Source: Stylophora pistillata (taxonomy: Eukaryota). From it: a DNA stretch of 64,000 nucleotides. Positions 51,801-64,000 of the stretch are shown here, one piece after another. A program made the translations under genes and the position numbers. The stretch covers positions 356,283 through 420,282 of the forward strand of contig NW_019217850.1 in NCBI RefSeq assembly GCF_002571385.2. The letters are read 5' to 3'. The notes below the pieces were generated by a model that had not been told where the DNA came from, ran no database searches, and saw only the letters and a list, made by a program, of their open reading frames with translations. How positions within the stretch are numbered: position 1 is the first letter of the stretch; each line of letters starts with the position of its first letter.

Positions 51801-54800
51801 GACATGTTCTAATTGACTAGGAGTCCTCTCCGTTAATGATGGCCATTAGGCAAAGTTTCTTTGTTCTAATGAACACTGTGTGATCTGTAACTCTAAGTCA
51901 AAGGCCAAGGGAAACAAATATGCACTTTTAAAACCCTTTCTTTCGCGATCAACAATAATATATCGCTTAGAAATTCAAGAAAGATAAAAAAAAGAAAAAA
52001 CAAAAAGCTATCATCATTGTCAAATGGCGACGCAGCCTACACACCTATTTGACAAATAATCATCAGTTGCTAATCTCTGAAGCCCTTCCCAACAATGGAA
52101 AACTATGATCAGTTTTTAAATACCTTGAAATCGAGCTAAGTAGACTCGTACCTCTGCACTTCTTTACTATTTCCACAAAACCGGTCGAAATTTTAGACCG
52201 TAGTCAAAGAAGGATTTCATCATTGGCTGCCACTAGCAGTTAAAGAAAAGTTAAAAAACACATTTAAGGGTGATGTGGTAAAGGATCTCTATTTCTCTCG
52301 ATTCATGGTCAACCAAAATTTGTCAGTTTGATGTTTGATGTCCATTGTTATCCAAGTTTATGGGCCATTTGAAAGTTAGCAGGTCGTTCTGAACAGAATA
52401 TCAGTATCACTATTGTCTTTAAGTCGAAGCCATTTAGTTCACTTGCATACACGTGAAAGACATTATTCATGAAAAGGAGAAACCCGAGAAAATGTAATAA
52501 AATCACCAAAGCACACCGCTACCCGTAAAAAATCTTCTTATTCCTTACAAAGTAACTTTTTGTACGTGCTCGTCAAAATTTTAACCCTGAATATTTACGC
52601 AACTGCTTCATTTGTGTTTCAATATCATTTTGTCGTGCATTTGTATTTCCATTAACAATACAAAGGAGGGAATAAATGTTGATTTTAAAAGCCTTTAGGA
52701 GAACTAATCGTTCACTAATGGGTTTTCGTTCTTAATTAGAGTATCTATAGACGAATAAAGTCTTGTTAACCAGCTGATTATCTGGTCTGTCTTATCGTTA
52801 AGATCTTCTTGTTGCGTTCTTATCCAACGGTAGAATAGCTAGTGTAGTTAATTCTCTCAGTCAAAAAGAACTAGACCTCAAATAGCATCACAGACGAGTT
52901 TCTTACAATAGAAATACTATATCGAAGGCGTGGATTTTTTTGACTAAGATTGAAATAACCTTTTAGCAACTCAGAGGGTTTGTGAATGATCGCCGAATCT
53001 TAAGACCCGTAAACTGCTAATCAGTGTTATAGCATAGAATTTGTACTAAATAAATTTAGGCTGTCAACTTACGGCTGTAAACATTATCTCTGGAAAACAA
53101 TGGCTGTAATCTGTAAATTTTATCCCAGGTCTTTGAAACAGGTGATGTTTACAGCTGTCCTTATCAGCGCTTAGTTCATTAAGAAGGATTTAAATAGCCG
53201 GCATTGTTAGCCCTTTTCCATTGGAATCTTCCGTTAGACTTTGAGCGCAGACACTTCTCTTCAATTTTGGGAGAAGAAGCCCGTAAATCATCATTAATCA
53301 ACAGCAATCACCTCCCTTAGTGATGTTTATCAATACATTTGGTCTACGAGAATCACAAACCGTTAGTGTAGAAAATAATGATATATGTATGACTCCTATT
53401 CAAAGCTATTTTCAAGGAAAGACTGTTAACGATAATTCAAACCGCATGAGCTGATAATCCTTTGCTATTTTTGTAGCAAATTTCATTCCTTAAGCTATAA
53501 CTGGACTTTCTAAATATAAAATCATTTTTGGAACGCATGCCTTTGTCTAGACCAATTACTTTTAACATGTGGGAATTAATATTTATCATCAAACTACGCT
53601 GCATGAAACTTCTTTTGTCCAAAAAGAGTTCGTCGTTTACGACTCGTACCAATGTTTTCTACGCTCGTTGTTACAGTTCTTTTTTCCTTTTTTTTTTCTA
53701 ATCTTTTTTTCTGTTTTTACCTTTCTGTTTTTTTTTTTTTTTCTTTTTTTGATCCATTCCAAAGTATCACTTTTGCTGTTTCGTTGCATTTTAGTGCTCC
53801 CTGCCGGGCATAAATGTGCAGCTTTGAACTGCTTTTCTACAGATTACTGCTGATGTCAACAAGTAAGAACAAACTTGTCTTTCAAGCAGCGTGACTTCTT
53901 AAATTGCTTTTAAGAGAACACATGGTTTTCAGAACTGTACCAGAAAGACCTTTAGGAAAAGTCCACCATCTCGATCTGTGAGTTATAGGGAAGATATCGC
54001 CAGAAAGAAAGACAGAACAAAATGCCTGCAGAATCCAAGGTAAAATATCTCAACAAAGTCTAGGTTAATACCAGACAGATTTTTTGAATCATTAGAAATA
54101 CAATATGGTTTTACGGATCATTCTACGAGCTGTCGCCATCACGAATTAAACACCTTCTAAGTTTACTTTTATAGTTTTTGTAATTTGATGCTCATTTGAA
54201 CGTTACTGACCTACTCAAACATGAAACAGCATCTCCTGGGGTTCATGCATGGTCGTAGATTCTTTACTTACTAAGATCTTGTTTGAAGTTGACATATACG
54301 TGTATTCTATAAATGGCTGGCGCGGCGATCAGCTTTTCCTCGAAGATTCCACTTAAGTACACTTGTTCTCATGGACACCCACCCTTCCGCTTGTCACACA
54401 ATGACAAAGCAAAATTTCGGTTTCAGACTCTGCTGTTCCTGTTGGACATTTGAAGATCATTTTTTTTTCAGCCGGGAAATCTACGAATTCACTGATTCTA
54501 AATTTACTATTTTTCTTACACGTTTATAATGTAATCTTTACGTGCCGTGTTTCTACACAATGTTGATCATTTAAAAAAAAAAACAAACAAAAAAACGCAA
54601 ATATACGGTTTTGTTAGGTTGTCGTGTGGCCTAACATGACAGGACACATGGATTGCATGCATTCTAACCACGCAATAACAAAGCAGTAATTGCATTTCAG
54701 CTTTCTACTGATCTTAGTTATTTCGAGGACATTTTCCCGATAAATCACGGCTTAGAATGATTAATTTAGCTGATAGCTGTAATAAGTCAACTCTATTTTA

Positions 54801-57800
54801 GAATTATACTTTGTAGTCGCCAGGGATTACCTACCATATCTCTTATCTTCACGTTGAACTGCCAGCAATATCAAAAAATAAATTTCTAAACCTTCTTGAA
54901 ACGAGAACATTATTGTTGTTTCGTCCGATAGCCCAAGTAGACGAGATGGATGAAACACTGATAACTCAGTTGCCAATGTATTTTTCCGCTATCACTTAAG
55001 CACTACAAAAATACTGCCATAGAAACACTGATATAATTCCTTTACAAACAACACCTTTGCCAAATCGCAGAGAGAGCATAATTGATTATGATTCACCGCA
55101 GTTTATCAGATAATACGCTTTTATTCATTATGTTTATAACCATTGAGAAGTGATAACAAAGCAACTGTAGCGTAGCAGTTAATCAAACTAAAAATGGGGG
55201 TGTTTTTTTTTTTTTTTTCAGACCGATATATCGATTTATAAACAAAATTTGGATGTTGGCAGGCTCCAGAACTGTTCACCAGAATACAGCTACAAAGTTA
55301 CTGAAATGTTGTTATGAATATCGACTGAAAAGATATCTCTTTCGCGAAAAAGAGGCGACCAAATCGAGGCTAGGAGAGATTGGAGAGAACATGATACATT
55401 GCATCGTATCAATTATGTAACTTTTCAAGCAATTTTAGCTGAGTGAAAACTGCACACTTGAGCATAGATTCTCTGACTCACTTCTATCGAATAATATCAC
55501 GATAACATTACACAAAAAGCTCACCATATCCTCTGAAAGACGGTCAATCTGTTTTCACAGGAAGGCGAGTCAATCAACTTATGAAATATAGTCTGTGATA
55601 GTCTGGATATTTCGAGTTTTTCTTGTGCAATCCCTATCGATCTTCACTATTGGTGATCATTTTCGTTCCATTTTGCCTTAATGCTGTTCTTTCATAGCAA
55701 GCTTACCTTTAAACGCTTTCTTCACCTTGAAGAAAATGTGCGCTCCGCGCTTCAAACGTGCGGACCCAACTGTGCCATGACCAAGCTTCTATAATAAGAT
55801 AAGCCTTGCTTGTCGAACCAACTACCGTTATCAGCTGTCGGGTCAAAAATGCAATGACCAGAATAATGATATTAGACACAAGTTTATCGCACAATAACAA
55901 TGTCAATGTATACAAAAGGTCCTCAGCGATAGGTCTCAAAAATTACATTAGGGACTGGTTAAATATTCATTCAGCGCCGACAAAGACTTGCTAACCGGAA
56001 AAAGGGTGCTGCAAACTACAAGTAAAATCGATCCAAAAAAACTCGTATCATACCCCAACAGAAAGCACCAATCAGACTCTTTTTGAATAATCTCTGATCC
56101 AATCAGACTCTTTATGAATAATCTCTTGAGCATTTTAATTGGCTAAATTGGTACAACGATATTTAATCAACGATGCACTCTCGATAAAGGCGCAAGCAGG
56201 AGCGAGCAGAGGGTTTGTCCACTGTACGTCATAAAATGCTTTCACGCTGTCGGAAATTACATGCTTCAACCTCGCCCCTTTTCCTCTCAGAGAGTCGTTT
56301 CCGATCTGCTCTGCATTATTGAGCAAACCGTAATGTTCCCGAATCTTTCCAGTGTCATATTTCACATTAACCGATTTTCGAACAAATTGTTAAGGCATGA
56401 CATTTTATTTGTATATCAGATCTTTCGCCTCACAAAAGAAGAAGAATTTTTAGATTTGTTTTGGAAATAAAAAAAAATGATTAAATCAGTCAAAAATTCA
56501 GAGATCGTGTGCATGATTGTTAAGTGTTTCTGTGCACGATTTAAGGTTGCTAGACGACTTCAGATATCTCCACATTTGCTAAGTGACAGTTACTTTTTTT
56601 ATCTTAGCTTGATCATATCCTTTTAGTTTCTATGGATATAATTATCGTTTTCTATTGACCTGCCTGCTTTGTTAAGAGGCATTGGTTGTTACTAGGTTGC
56701 TATGAAGAGCCAATTTTACGAGGGTATCTTCTCTAAGGGTCAAACACCTCGAATCCTGGAGTCTTCAGATATTTCACTGAAGATTCGAGCTCCTGAACGC
56801 TATTAAAATCCTCAGAAAGCATATAATTTGCTATTATCTCTTAAAAAATCAGTCAGTCAACCAGAGCCAAGTTACTTCAGTAAGTTTAAGTTAAGTTTGA
56901 TGGAAAAGATATTTATCACAAATTAATGTACATTAGCGGGCGAATAAAATTCTTCACTTTAATGCGGCGGTTGTGCACGAAATCATTCCAGACCTTGAAT
57001 TAATCCTACAAGAAATTTTCCTGACAAGGCGCTAATTTATAAGATGACACATGAACATTTTGCTTCTTAAAAATGGTCCAGTTCCACCAATTGCGCCAAT
57101 TAGACTGAAATATTTCACGATACACTGAAAGATACCTACAAGTGTACGTTCTTTAGCTTCTTTCAAGCGGTTCCGTTTCATTCTCTAAAGGCGCGCAGGA
57201 AACTTGTTTTTAAGTAAGTGCAAAGAGCCTCCAAAGTTCTTCAAATTTGCACTGAGATAAATATACACTCGAGTATTTAGCTCATGAAGAACTACGAAAC
57301 ATCATTTGTTTGCTATTTTGAATTCTCAGGTGCATTAGTTTTCTCTTTTAATCTATGGCAACGTATAAAAACGCAGGACAGTTACTCAATTTAACGGTTT
57401 TAAGTTCGCATCAAGGATCTAGATCTTCACTTTTGGATAAAGAAAGTGTATGGCTCACAATGGAAAAAGTCTCTGTTTATTCATAGGTAGAAATCGGTAC
57501 CAAACTGATCTTAATCAGTTCTTCGTGGAAGAGTAATTTGGAGATAATAACTCGGTAATCAAGAACGTTACACGCGTTTAAGGATAGCTCTCTACCTTGC
57601 ATACCTTGTATAGTGAGGGCAGTTCATTCCGAACATCTCCCCACATAGCTAGCGTAACAGAAATCAAGATTATTTAGAATCGCCGGTAATAAGATAATTG
57701 ATTAGCCGTGCGTTTCCTCTGAATTTGAAATCAAATCAAAAGAGATTTTATATCTTAATATTCAGAAGACTGGAACGCCGACATATGGTTCTTGGAATAA

Positions 57801-58452
57801 ACATTTTCCTCGGTGAATTTAAATTTTAAAGAATTTAAGTCTCAAGGACTACTAACCTTAGTGGGATCGGATTAGATCTTCCTTCTGAACTCAGTTCTTG
57901 CAACCAAATTGACACCTCATTGAGAGCGCAGACCAATATAAGCCGCAGAATATGCCCCGGGTTAATCGCATGGGTCGCATATACGTCACAGTAACCGTTA
58001 AACCTTGCACTGATCACAACAAATTTCCTTCTTAAAAATCGTGATACTCTGTCTAGCAGAAATGTTATATGAATAGGGAAATTGATCATCTGATAGAAGC
58101 TGCTGATGCAAAGCTTAATTATCAGAGCCCACATTTAAGGCTGAGGATGGATTTACAAAGGAGAATCGGTGTTTTAATCAGGTCTTAGGATAACGTCGCG
58201 GGGCAACGGATGTTGCGAAATGATGACGACGTTTCCTGACGCGTTACAGAATTGAACAGGAAAAGGAAACCTGGATACACTTCAAATTTAATTCTTTGTT
58301 TTCTGTTACTGAAATAAGATATAAAATAAGACGTAATTAGAACCATGGGAACATAACATATCACCAAAAACAACTCTTAAAACCTGAGAGTACCTTGACC
58401 TAAGCATGAATCGAATAACTCAACTAAAAAATTAAGTATACGGTTCTACAGT

Positions 58453-58638
58453 TAGGCGGCGTTTGCTTTCAGCCTCAATCTTTGCTATCATCAACCATCT
58501 TCCTTCCTTTTTGGTTCATTTTCACCCATCCTTTGTCAGTGTCCGCCAATAAAAAATATTCCAAGGTTTTCTTTTAAAATAAAGACATTTCTCTTTGACG
58601 TTAAAATAACATGTCATGGCTGTCTCAAACGCCGCCTA
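58453..58638. mobile_element. Small MITE-like element
   Basis: Terminal IR TAGGCGGCGTTTG...CAGCC / GGCTG...CAAACGCCGCCTA. Confidence 0.5.
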
Positions 58639-60124
58639 CTCGCAATTTAATTGGTTTATTTTACAGACATCTTCATGATTTGAAATGGTTTTCTTTCTCT
58701 TAAACAATAGATAAGTTTAAATGCGTTGTTGACGTGTACTGCAAATACTTCATGAAATCTACCAACAATATAGTTTTTTATTTCGTCGAGAGGACTTTTT
58801 GAGCGTTCATATGAAGTACTTCACACCGAATTTTTTGAGGTTTCGAGAAAAATAGCGGATAACGGGAAGTCTTACGTTATTTTTAGCTTATCTGCCAACT
58901 TAAGAATAAGAAGTTGATTTGTTTACGCGTACTTCTAGAGAGATTTTACTAGATTTACATGGCGGGAATAATTTTTGGTCGTTTCTTAAACGCAGGTTTC
59001 TTACGTACCGCAGGATATCTCACAGAGGAATCATTGCGCACGAGTGAAACTACGGATTCACCACTTGAAATGCTGTGTTCGGTAACACTTTGTAAAAGTT
59101 TTCAAATCTCAGCTATGTGCGTTCGATCCATGAATCAAAGGATATCCCTAGTTAGGTGTTCACGGCGCCGTCTTTCCACTTAATCTGATCACTTCCTTCC
59201 TCAGTTTGGCCGACAAGTGAAGTGTCCTAATGGATTTGTTATTGTTTCGTTGCCAACAAAAATTTCAACTTCAGCGTGTCAAAAATTCAGCAAGCGAAAG
59301 TGAAATGAAACCTGAATGATGGAGCTGGATGGGTTGCCGAAAAAAAAAAGCATATTTCTGCACCCTCCATCTGGCAAAGTAACGGAACCATGGTAACCTC
59401 ATAGCCACAGAGAATTACGTTATCTTCATGATCAGTATTATCCTTTTTGACTCCAACGATCAGACTTGTAAGTCTGTCTTCCAGTTGTTGCACATTCTGA
59501 GTACGTTAGGTAAGAAAAGGTGGTATTATTTGACAATTATTTGCCGGAACGCAAAGTGATATTTTACGATTCTTTTCTTCTTTAGATTTTTGTCCGTTCC
59601 CCTAGGAAAATAACTGTTACAATTCAAGTACTCAAATACACGTACTTATCAGAGTAACTGCATTTTCATTGATCTTCTGCTTCTATGCAATATCAAACAA
59701 TCGAACTGATCGAGCTTCCTCTCGTACCCAGACCTCCCACAACCAATTGACCGTTTGGAAAATTAGTGCTCTAGCATGATAATCGCCGCGGAGTGATTAT
59801 CGTAACGTCATTTCCACCAATCAAGACTCACGCAACGTTGTACACTACCTGTGCAATTATGCTAAACCCACTCAATGCACTCCTGCTGATAAGTTTTCTT
59901 TTCTTTTTTACCTGCTTGCTGGAGAATGTCCCGATATTGTGAAATGAAGTACAATTTGATCCTAAGTGTGAGGCAGGGGGTAAAATGTTGGTGTACACCC
60001 TCTAGTTAGCTAAACAACGGAAACATAGCTGCCATTATGGCGACTGAGAAGAAGACAGAGATATTATTAGTGCGCTCTGCCGCCTGGAGAGAATTCGAGC
60101 ATTTTAAGAAATCATCGTTACTTT

Positions 60125-60222
60125 CAACCTCGTTCCCAGGGCCTTCTCCCTTAGCTGGGGGTGGGTACCGCCCCATCCCCGCCCCATCCCCAGCTAAAGA
60201 AAAGGCCCTGGGAACGAGGTTG
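60125..60222. mobile_element. Palindromic Mutator-like MITE
   Basis: TIR CAACCTCGTTCCCAGGGCCTT / AAGGCCCTGGGAACGAGGTTG. 9-bp TSD cgttacttt/ctttacttt (1 mismatch). Confidence 0.85.
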
Positions 60223-60407
60223 CTTTACTTTGTAGGTAAAAATACCGCGTTTTTTTTTCTTTTTTCTACGGCGATATGTTTTCCCTCAGGTAGTTTGTAA
60301 ATAGTGAAGGTGATAACGTGAAGCATTTTAGAGAAAAAAAACACGGCGCAAAATGTCTTTCCTCCATTGCTTCAACTCTAGTCAGGTTTTCATGAATCAC
60401 CCTGAGC

Positions 60408-60617
60408 AATCCTTTAACTCCCATGAATGACCAAGGTAGAGATTCTCCTTACAATATCGATACAATATCAAGCAGACAAGTGATGAGAATAAAGAAAAAT
60501 ATCAATTAGGGGATTTAGGGTTGATCCAATAGCAAATTCTCCAAACTAACATCATAAGAATTGTATGACAGACAGTAAGGAGAATCACTAATGAGATCTT
60601 AGGAGTGAAAGGGTTAA
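60408..60617 (+). mobile_element. piggyBac-like MITE
   Basis: Ends cctttaactcc ... ggagtgaaagggTTAA. Homologous to 29455-29672. Confidence 0.65.
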
Positions 60618-60629
60618 CTTCCTATTCTC

Positions 60630-60838
60630 CAACCTCGTTCCCAGGGCCTTTTCCCTTTGATGGGGGTGGAGCTGGGGGTGGGTTCCCCGCCAACCTCGTT
60701 CCCAGGGCCTTTACCCTTTGGGCGTGGAGCTGTGGGTGGGGCGGGAAAAGGGTTAGGGTTAGGGAAAAGGCCCCGGGAACGAGGTTGGGTTCCCCGCCCC
60801 ACCCCCAGCTAAGTGAAAAGGCCCTGGGAACGAGGTTG
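60630..60838. mobile_element. Mutator-like MITE with a second copy of the same family nested inside (60691-60787)
   Basis: Outer TSD CCTATTCTC (60621-60629 and 60839-60847). Inner TSD GGTTCCCCGC (60681-60690 and 60788-60797). Same TIRs. Confidence 0.9.
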
Positions 60839-61921
60839 CCTATTCTCATCCTCAAGCGCTACGAATTTCTAGCAGTAAAAACAGGGGAGGTGGGGTGGGT
60901 AGAATGGATCTGCGGCAGATCATGCGATTTAATATATACGAAGAGGATTGATGTTTTACAAAAATACTTCATACCCCGTAAATTATATTCCATTTGACAG
61001 CACTTTCGTCTTTTGACTGACCAAAGGAGTTCCCAGGGATTTTAAAGCTACCCGCAGGGAATAGTTCGTTACCTCAACTTTGAATCCCACACAGGTTATG
61101 GGCATGCGCACTAGTTCTGTCAGCAGCTGTCATGTCTATATTTAGCAAGAGCGCAACTACCGTATTTAACACTCTGCCTGGGTGAGCTGTGACTGTCTTG
61201 AAACTCAGTGAATGGTGCCGCTGAGCAGAATCTTCATGTGTTACTGTTTTCGTATTATGATGCTCTGTACAAAAGTATTTTTAGCTCATGGATAAGTTCG
61301 GACGTGACTCAGTAATAATTCAGTAGTCAGCACTTTATTTCTTGTCAGCACTACTTCTAATTATAAATGGAATGTTTATATTAAGCTGCACAGGTGATGC
61401 TTTTATATGCATTGGATAACTATTCAAAGATTAGCCAGCGATGAACGATTCGTTTCTGGTAGCATTGTTGAATTTCAAAACTTACATCTTCCTCGAATTC
61501 AAGATTGTACCTGGCAGAATGTTGATATTTAAAGATTTATTATTTTCGACCAGACGATGAGAATATCTCGCTAAAGATGAAGAAAACATCTGCTATGATA
61601 TTGTGGTCTCTGAGCAGGTGTATCTTAGCCAGAAGGAAGTCTGCCCGCACAGAAGGAGTTCCGCTTGAGGCACGCGACGCCAATTTAACCAATATCCCGT
61701 GCAATAGGTGGGCGAAGAGGGGGAGGGGTAGGGATATTGTTTCTCTCCTATGTAAGCCATACAGATACATGCTGCCTCAAAAAATAATCGTTTTTCAAAA
61801 CAGATTGAGTTTTGACTATTAAGGTCTTAAATCGGGTGTGGTTTTCGTAAGAACTGCAGAACGCGCGTTTGTTTGTCCGCGTTCGGATGAATATCAGTGA
61901 AAGACATGTCACCAATATGTA

Positions 61922-61975
<54 letters not shown>

Positions 61976-63700
61976 TCATTATGGTATATGAGCCAATATA
62001 CCATATACAATCTAATATCTGTACATTGTAACATCCGGTTTCTTCTTACAAAATAAAGTCGACAAGATTTGTCTAATATCTTGGGGGTTTTTTTTAATAA
62101 AACAATTATTCGAACTAAATTTTCAGGTAAATGTTTCCAATTCTCGACTTCAGTCAGCCCCGAGATAAAGCTTGATTTTGCTACATTGAAGCGAAACTGA
62201 ATCTCAAACCCTTACGCAACTTTTACAAGCCCTATTAATTGTTAACTGGTGCGGAAGACAGTGCAGATAGGTGGCTGAGGTATATCAAGTACAGCCCATC
62301 TCCTCTCCCCTCCCTCCATAAAATTTAATAACATTTTCGCACGAGCAAAACATGTTTAGTTACGGGTTTAACTGAATGAAAATCAGAAAGCGAGAACAGA
62401 AAAACCGAATTTCTTATAGGGTTCAAGTATTTAAAACCTTGTATTTTCAACGTGCTCAAGTTGAAGTTGAAAAACATTGGTTTATGTAACTGCGATGATA
62501 TTAAACTGTGTTTAACAAAACGGCTTTAAAACATGTTTAAGCTTTCAGGAGAATGAGGCATTAGAAGAACACCTTAACAAAAAAAAAAAAAAAGAACTAA
62601 TTGCGATATGATGTTAGACTCGAAGTTTTTCTCCTCGGTTTATGATTTTCCCTGATACTTTATCTCAGCATACATGTCACAGACACTTTCGACCGGCTAG
62701 TCCTAGAAAGCAGAAGTGGCGGGCTTGCCACGCAATGAGCCTTGTGGGATAAATGGCCAAAGAGATGATATCGTGAAATAGGTTGCAGCGATTCAATATA
62801 GTGAATGTACTCGGAATGAAGCCTAATTGTTTTTCTCTTGATATAGTCACTTCCGATGTGGATCGCGTCGTTCTATCTGAATACTGCCTGTCTTCTTCTA
62901 ATATTAGGGTCGACCGGATGCACGTGACACTAGCTATGACCCATTATGCTCAGCTGTGATTGGCACGTTTTGCGATTAGCGCATTATCACCAGACTAAAA
63001 ATATTTTAAAACAGAGACACAGACAGGTACTAATCAAAGTTGGTGCGATATTTATTGAAATTATTAAGAGGCTATCTGAAGCCTGCATCATTATATACAA
63101 AATAAAAACTCACACCTTTGACTTAAATCATTCTTCGCCCTTAGCAGAAACAAAACTGTGCTAATCGCCTTCATGGCTTCGCAACACCCGTCACACAATC
63201 TCTCCATGAACGTGACGTGATTAACTAAATGGCTTGTGCGCAGAGTTCTAAACGCATTGCAAGCGCAATATCATTCTAGGTATAAATTAGAAGCAAAAAT
63301 ATGGCAACGACAATTATCTCTGTCGATACAATTAAAACTCTCATTAAATTAATACTGTACATTTGAACATCATATATATACAGCCGCCGTCAGTGTCAAT
63401 TTGGAAAAAAGAAATTGCTTCCCAAAGGCAGCGTGATAATCTATTCTTTTTAAACGATGATTTTCGTCCATGTAACTGGAAATTATTTACACTAAAGGGA
63501 GAATAACACTTGAAACGAATGTTTGTCAAAGAGGAGTCTCGAACACTTTTTGAACTAAATTGGAGCCTCACGTAGTGGGGGTGGGGTGGAGGTAAAATAT
63601 ACAATAAAGTACGGAGAGGGGAATGGAAAAAAACCTAAGAGAAACGATTTTTTTATCTCCTCTAGTACAACACAATGAAAACAGGAACACTGATAACAGT

Positions 63701-64000
63701 CTATGACTTGATGACTCCAAATTGTCGTGGGCACGTTGGAATGACGCAAGAAACAACGTACGGGTAAAGAGAGAGTGGATATGGAATTTGACCTGGACCG
63801 ACCATTGGGGCTTGAATGATTCGGAAACCCATCGGAGTGCTCGTGAGCGTATTCTGAGGTACTTTTTCCATGTTGTTTTCCACACACGACACGCCGGAGG
63901 ATTCACTCTTCCCTTCTACTGGCTCTTCAGCTTTTATCTTATCTTCTACCATCGGTGATGGCGTTTTTGAGGGAACTTCTCGCGAGGGAGAGCTCTCTTT
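63701..64000 (-). CDS. 3' terminal exon of a gene continuing beyond the window; Ser/Pro-rich, possibly an eighth ETS paralog
   Basis: Frame open from the window edge (KESSPSREVPSKTPSPMVEDKIKAEE...) to TAG at 63701-63703. Same strand as ETS-6/7. Ends GVIKS*, loosely like xVIKR. No domain visible. Confidence 0.55.
   Translation of the reverse strand, partial: KESSPSREVPSKTPSPMVEDKIKAEEPVEGKSESSGVSCVENNMEKVPQNTLTSTPMGFRIIQAPMVGPGQIPYPLSLYPYVVSCVIPTCPRQFGVIKS

Noticed and set aside
55700-56470. Several adjacent short ORFs, possible decayed gene
   Set aside because: No recognisable motif, consistent frame or splice structure.
60605-60997. Gly/Pro-rich ORFs on both strands
   Set aside because: They derive from GC-rich palindromic MITEs.

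Overview
Eukaryotic, AT-rich genomic window. The repeat families and gene style suggest a stony coral or other anthozoan (inference, not searched). The dominant feature is a cluster of at least seven short, intron-containing ETS-domain transcription factor genes of ELF/E74-like type, with no PNT domain visible. ETS-1 to ETS-5 lie on the + strand and ETS-6 and ETS-7 on the - strand; a possible eighth member has its last exon at the right edge. All share one architecture: a phase-1 acceptor before the ETS exon, a phase-0 intron at GII[K/Q]K|V, then a last exon. ETS-2, -3 and -4 are a recent tandem triplication. ETS-3 is broken by an 867-N gap, and ETS-4 has a frameshift and a 3' deletion. ETS-2 to ETS-5 start in a conserved 19-nt coding micro-exon preceded by clusters of ETS binding sites. 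Paralogs differ at known specificity positions of the recognition helix (Y/H/F after the second invariant Arg; E/D/K/A before the first). They also share an LPYxYxP post-ETS motif and a C-terminal S[I/V]PVxVI[K/T]R motif. The remainder is intronic or intergenic DNA with truncated Penelope-like elements (inverted termini, hammerhead-like motifs), a tRNA-derived element, several MITEs (one nested in its own family) and tandem repeats.
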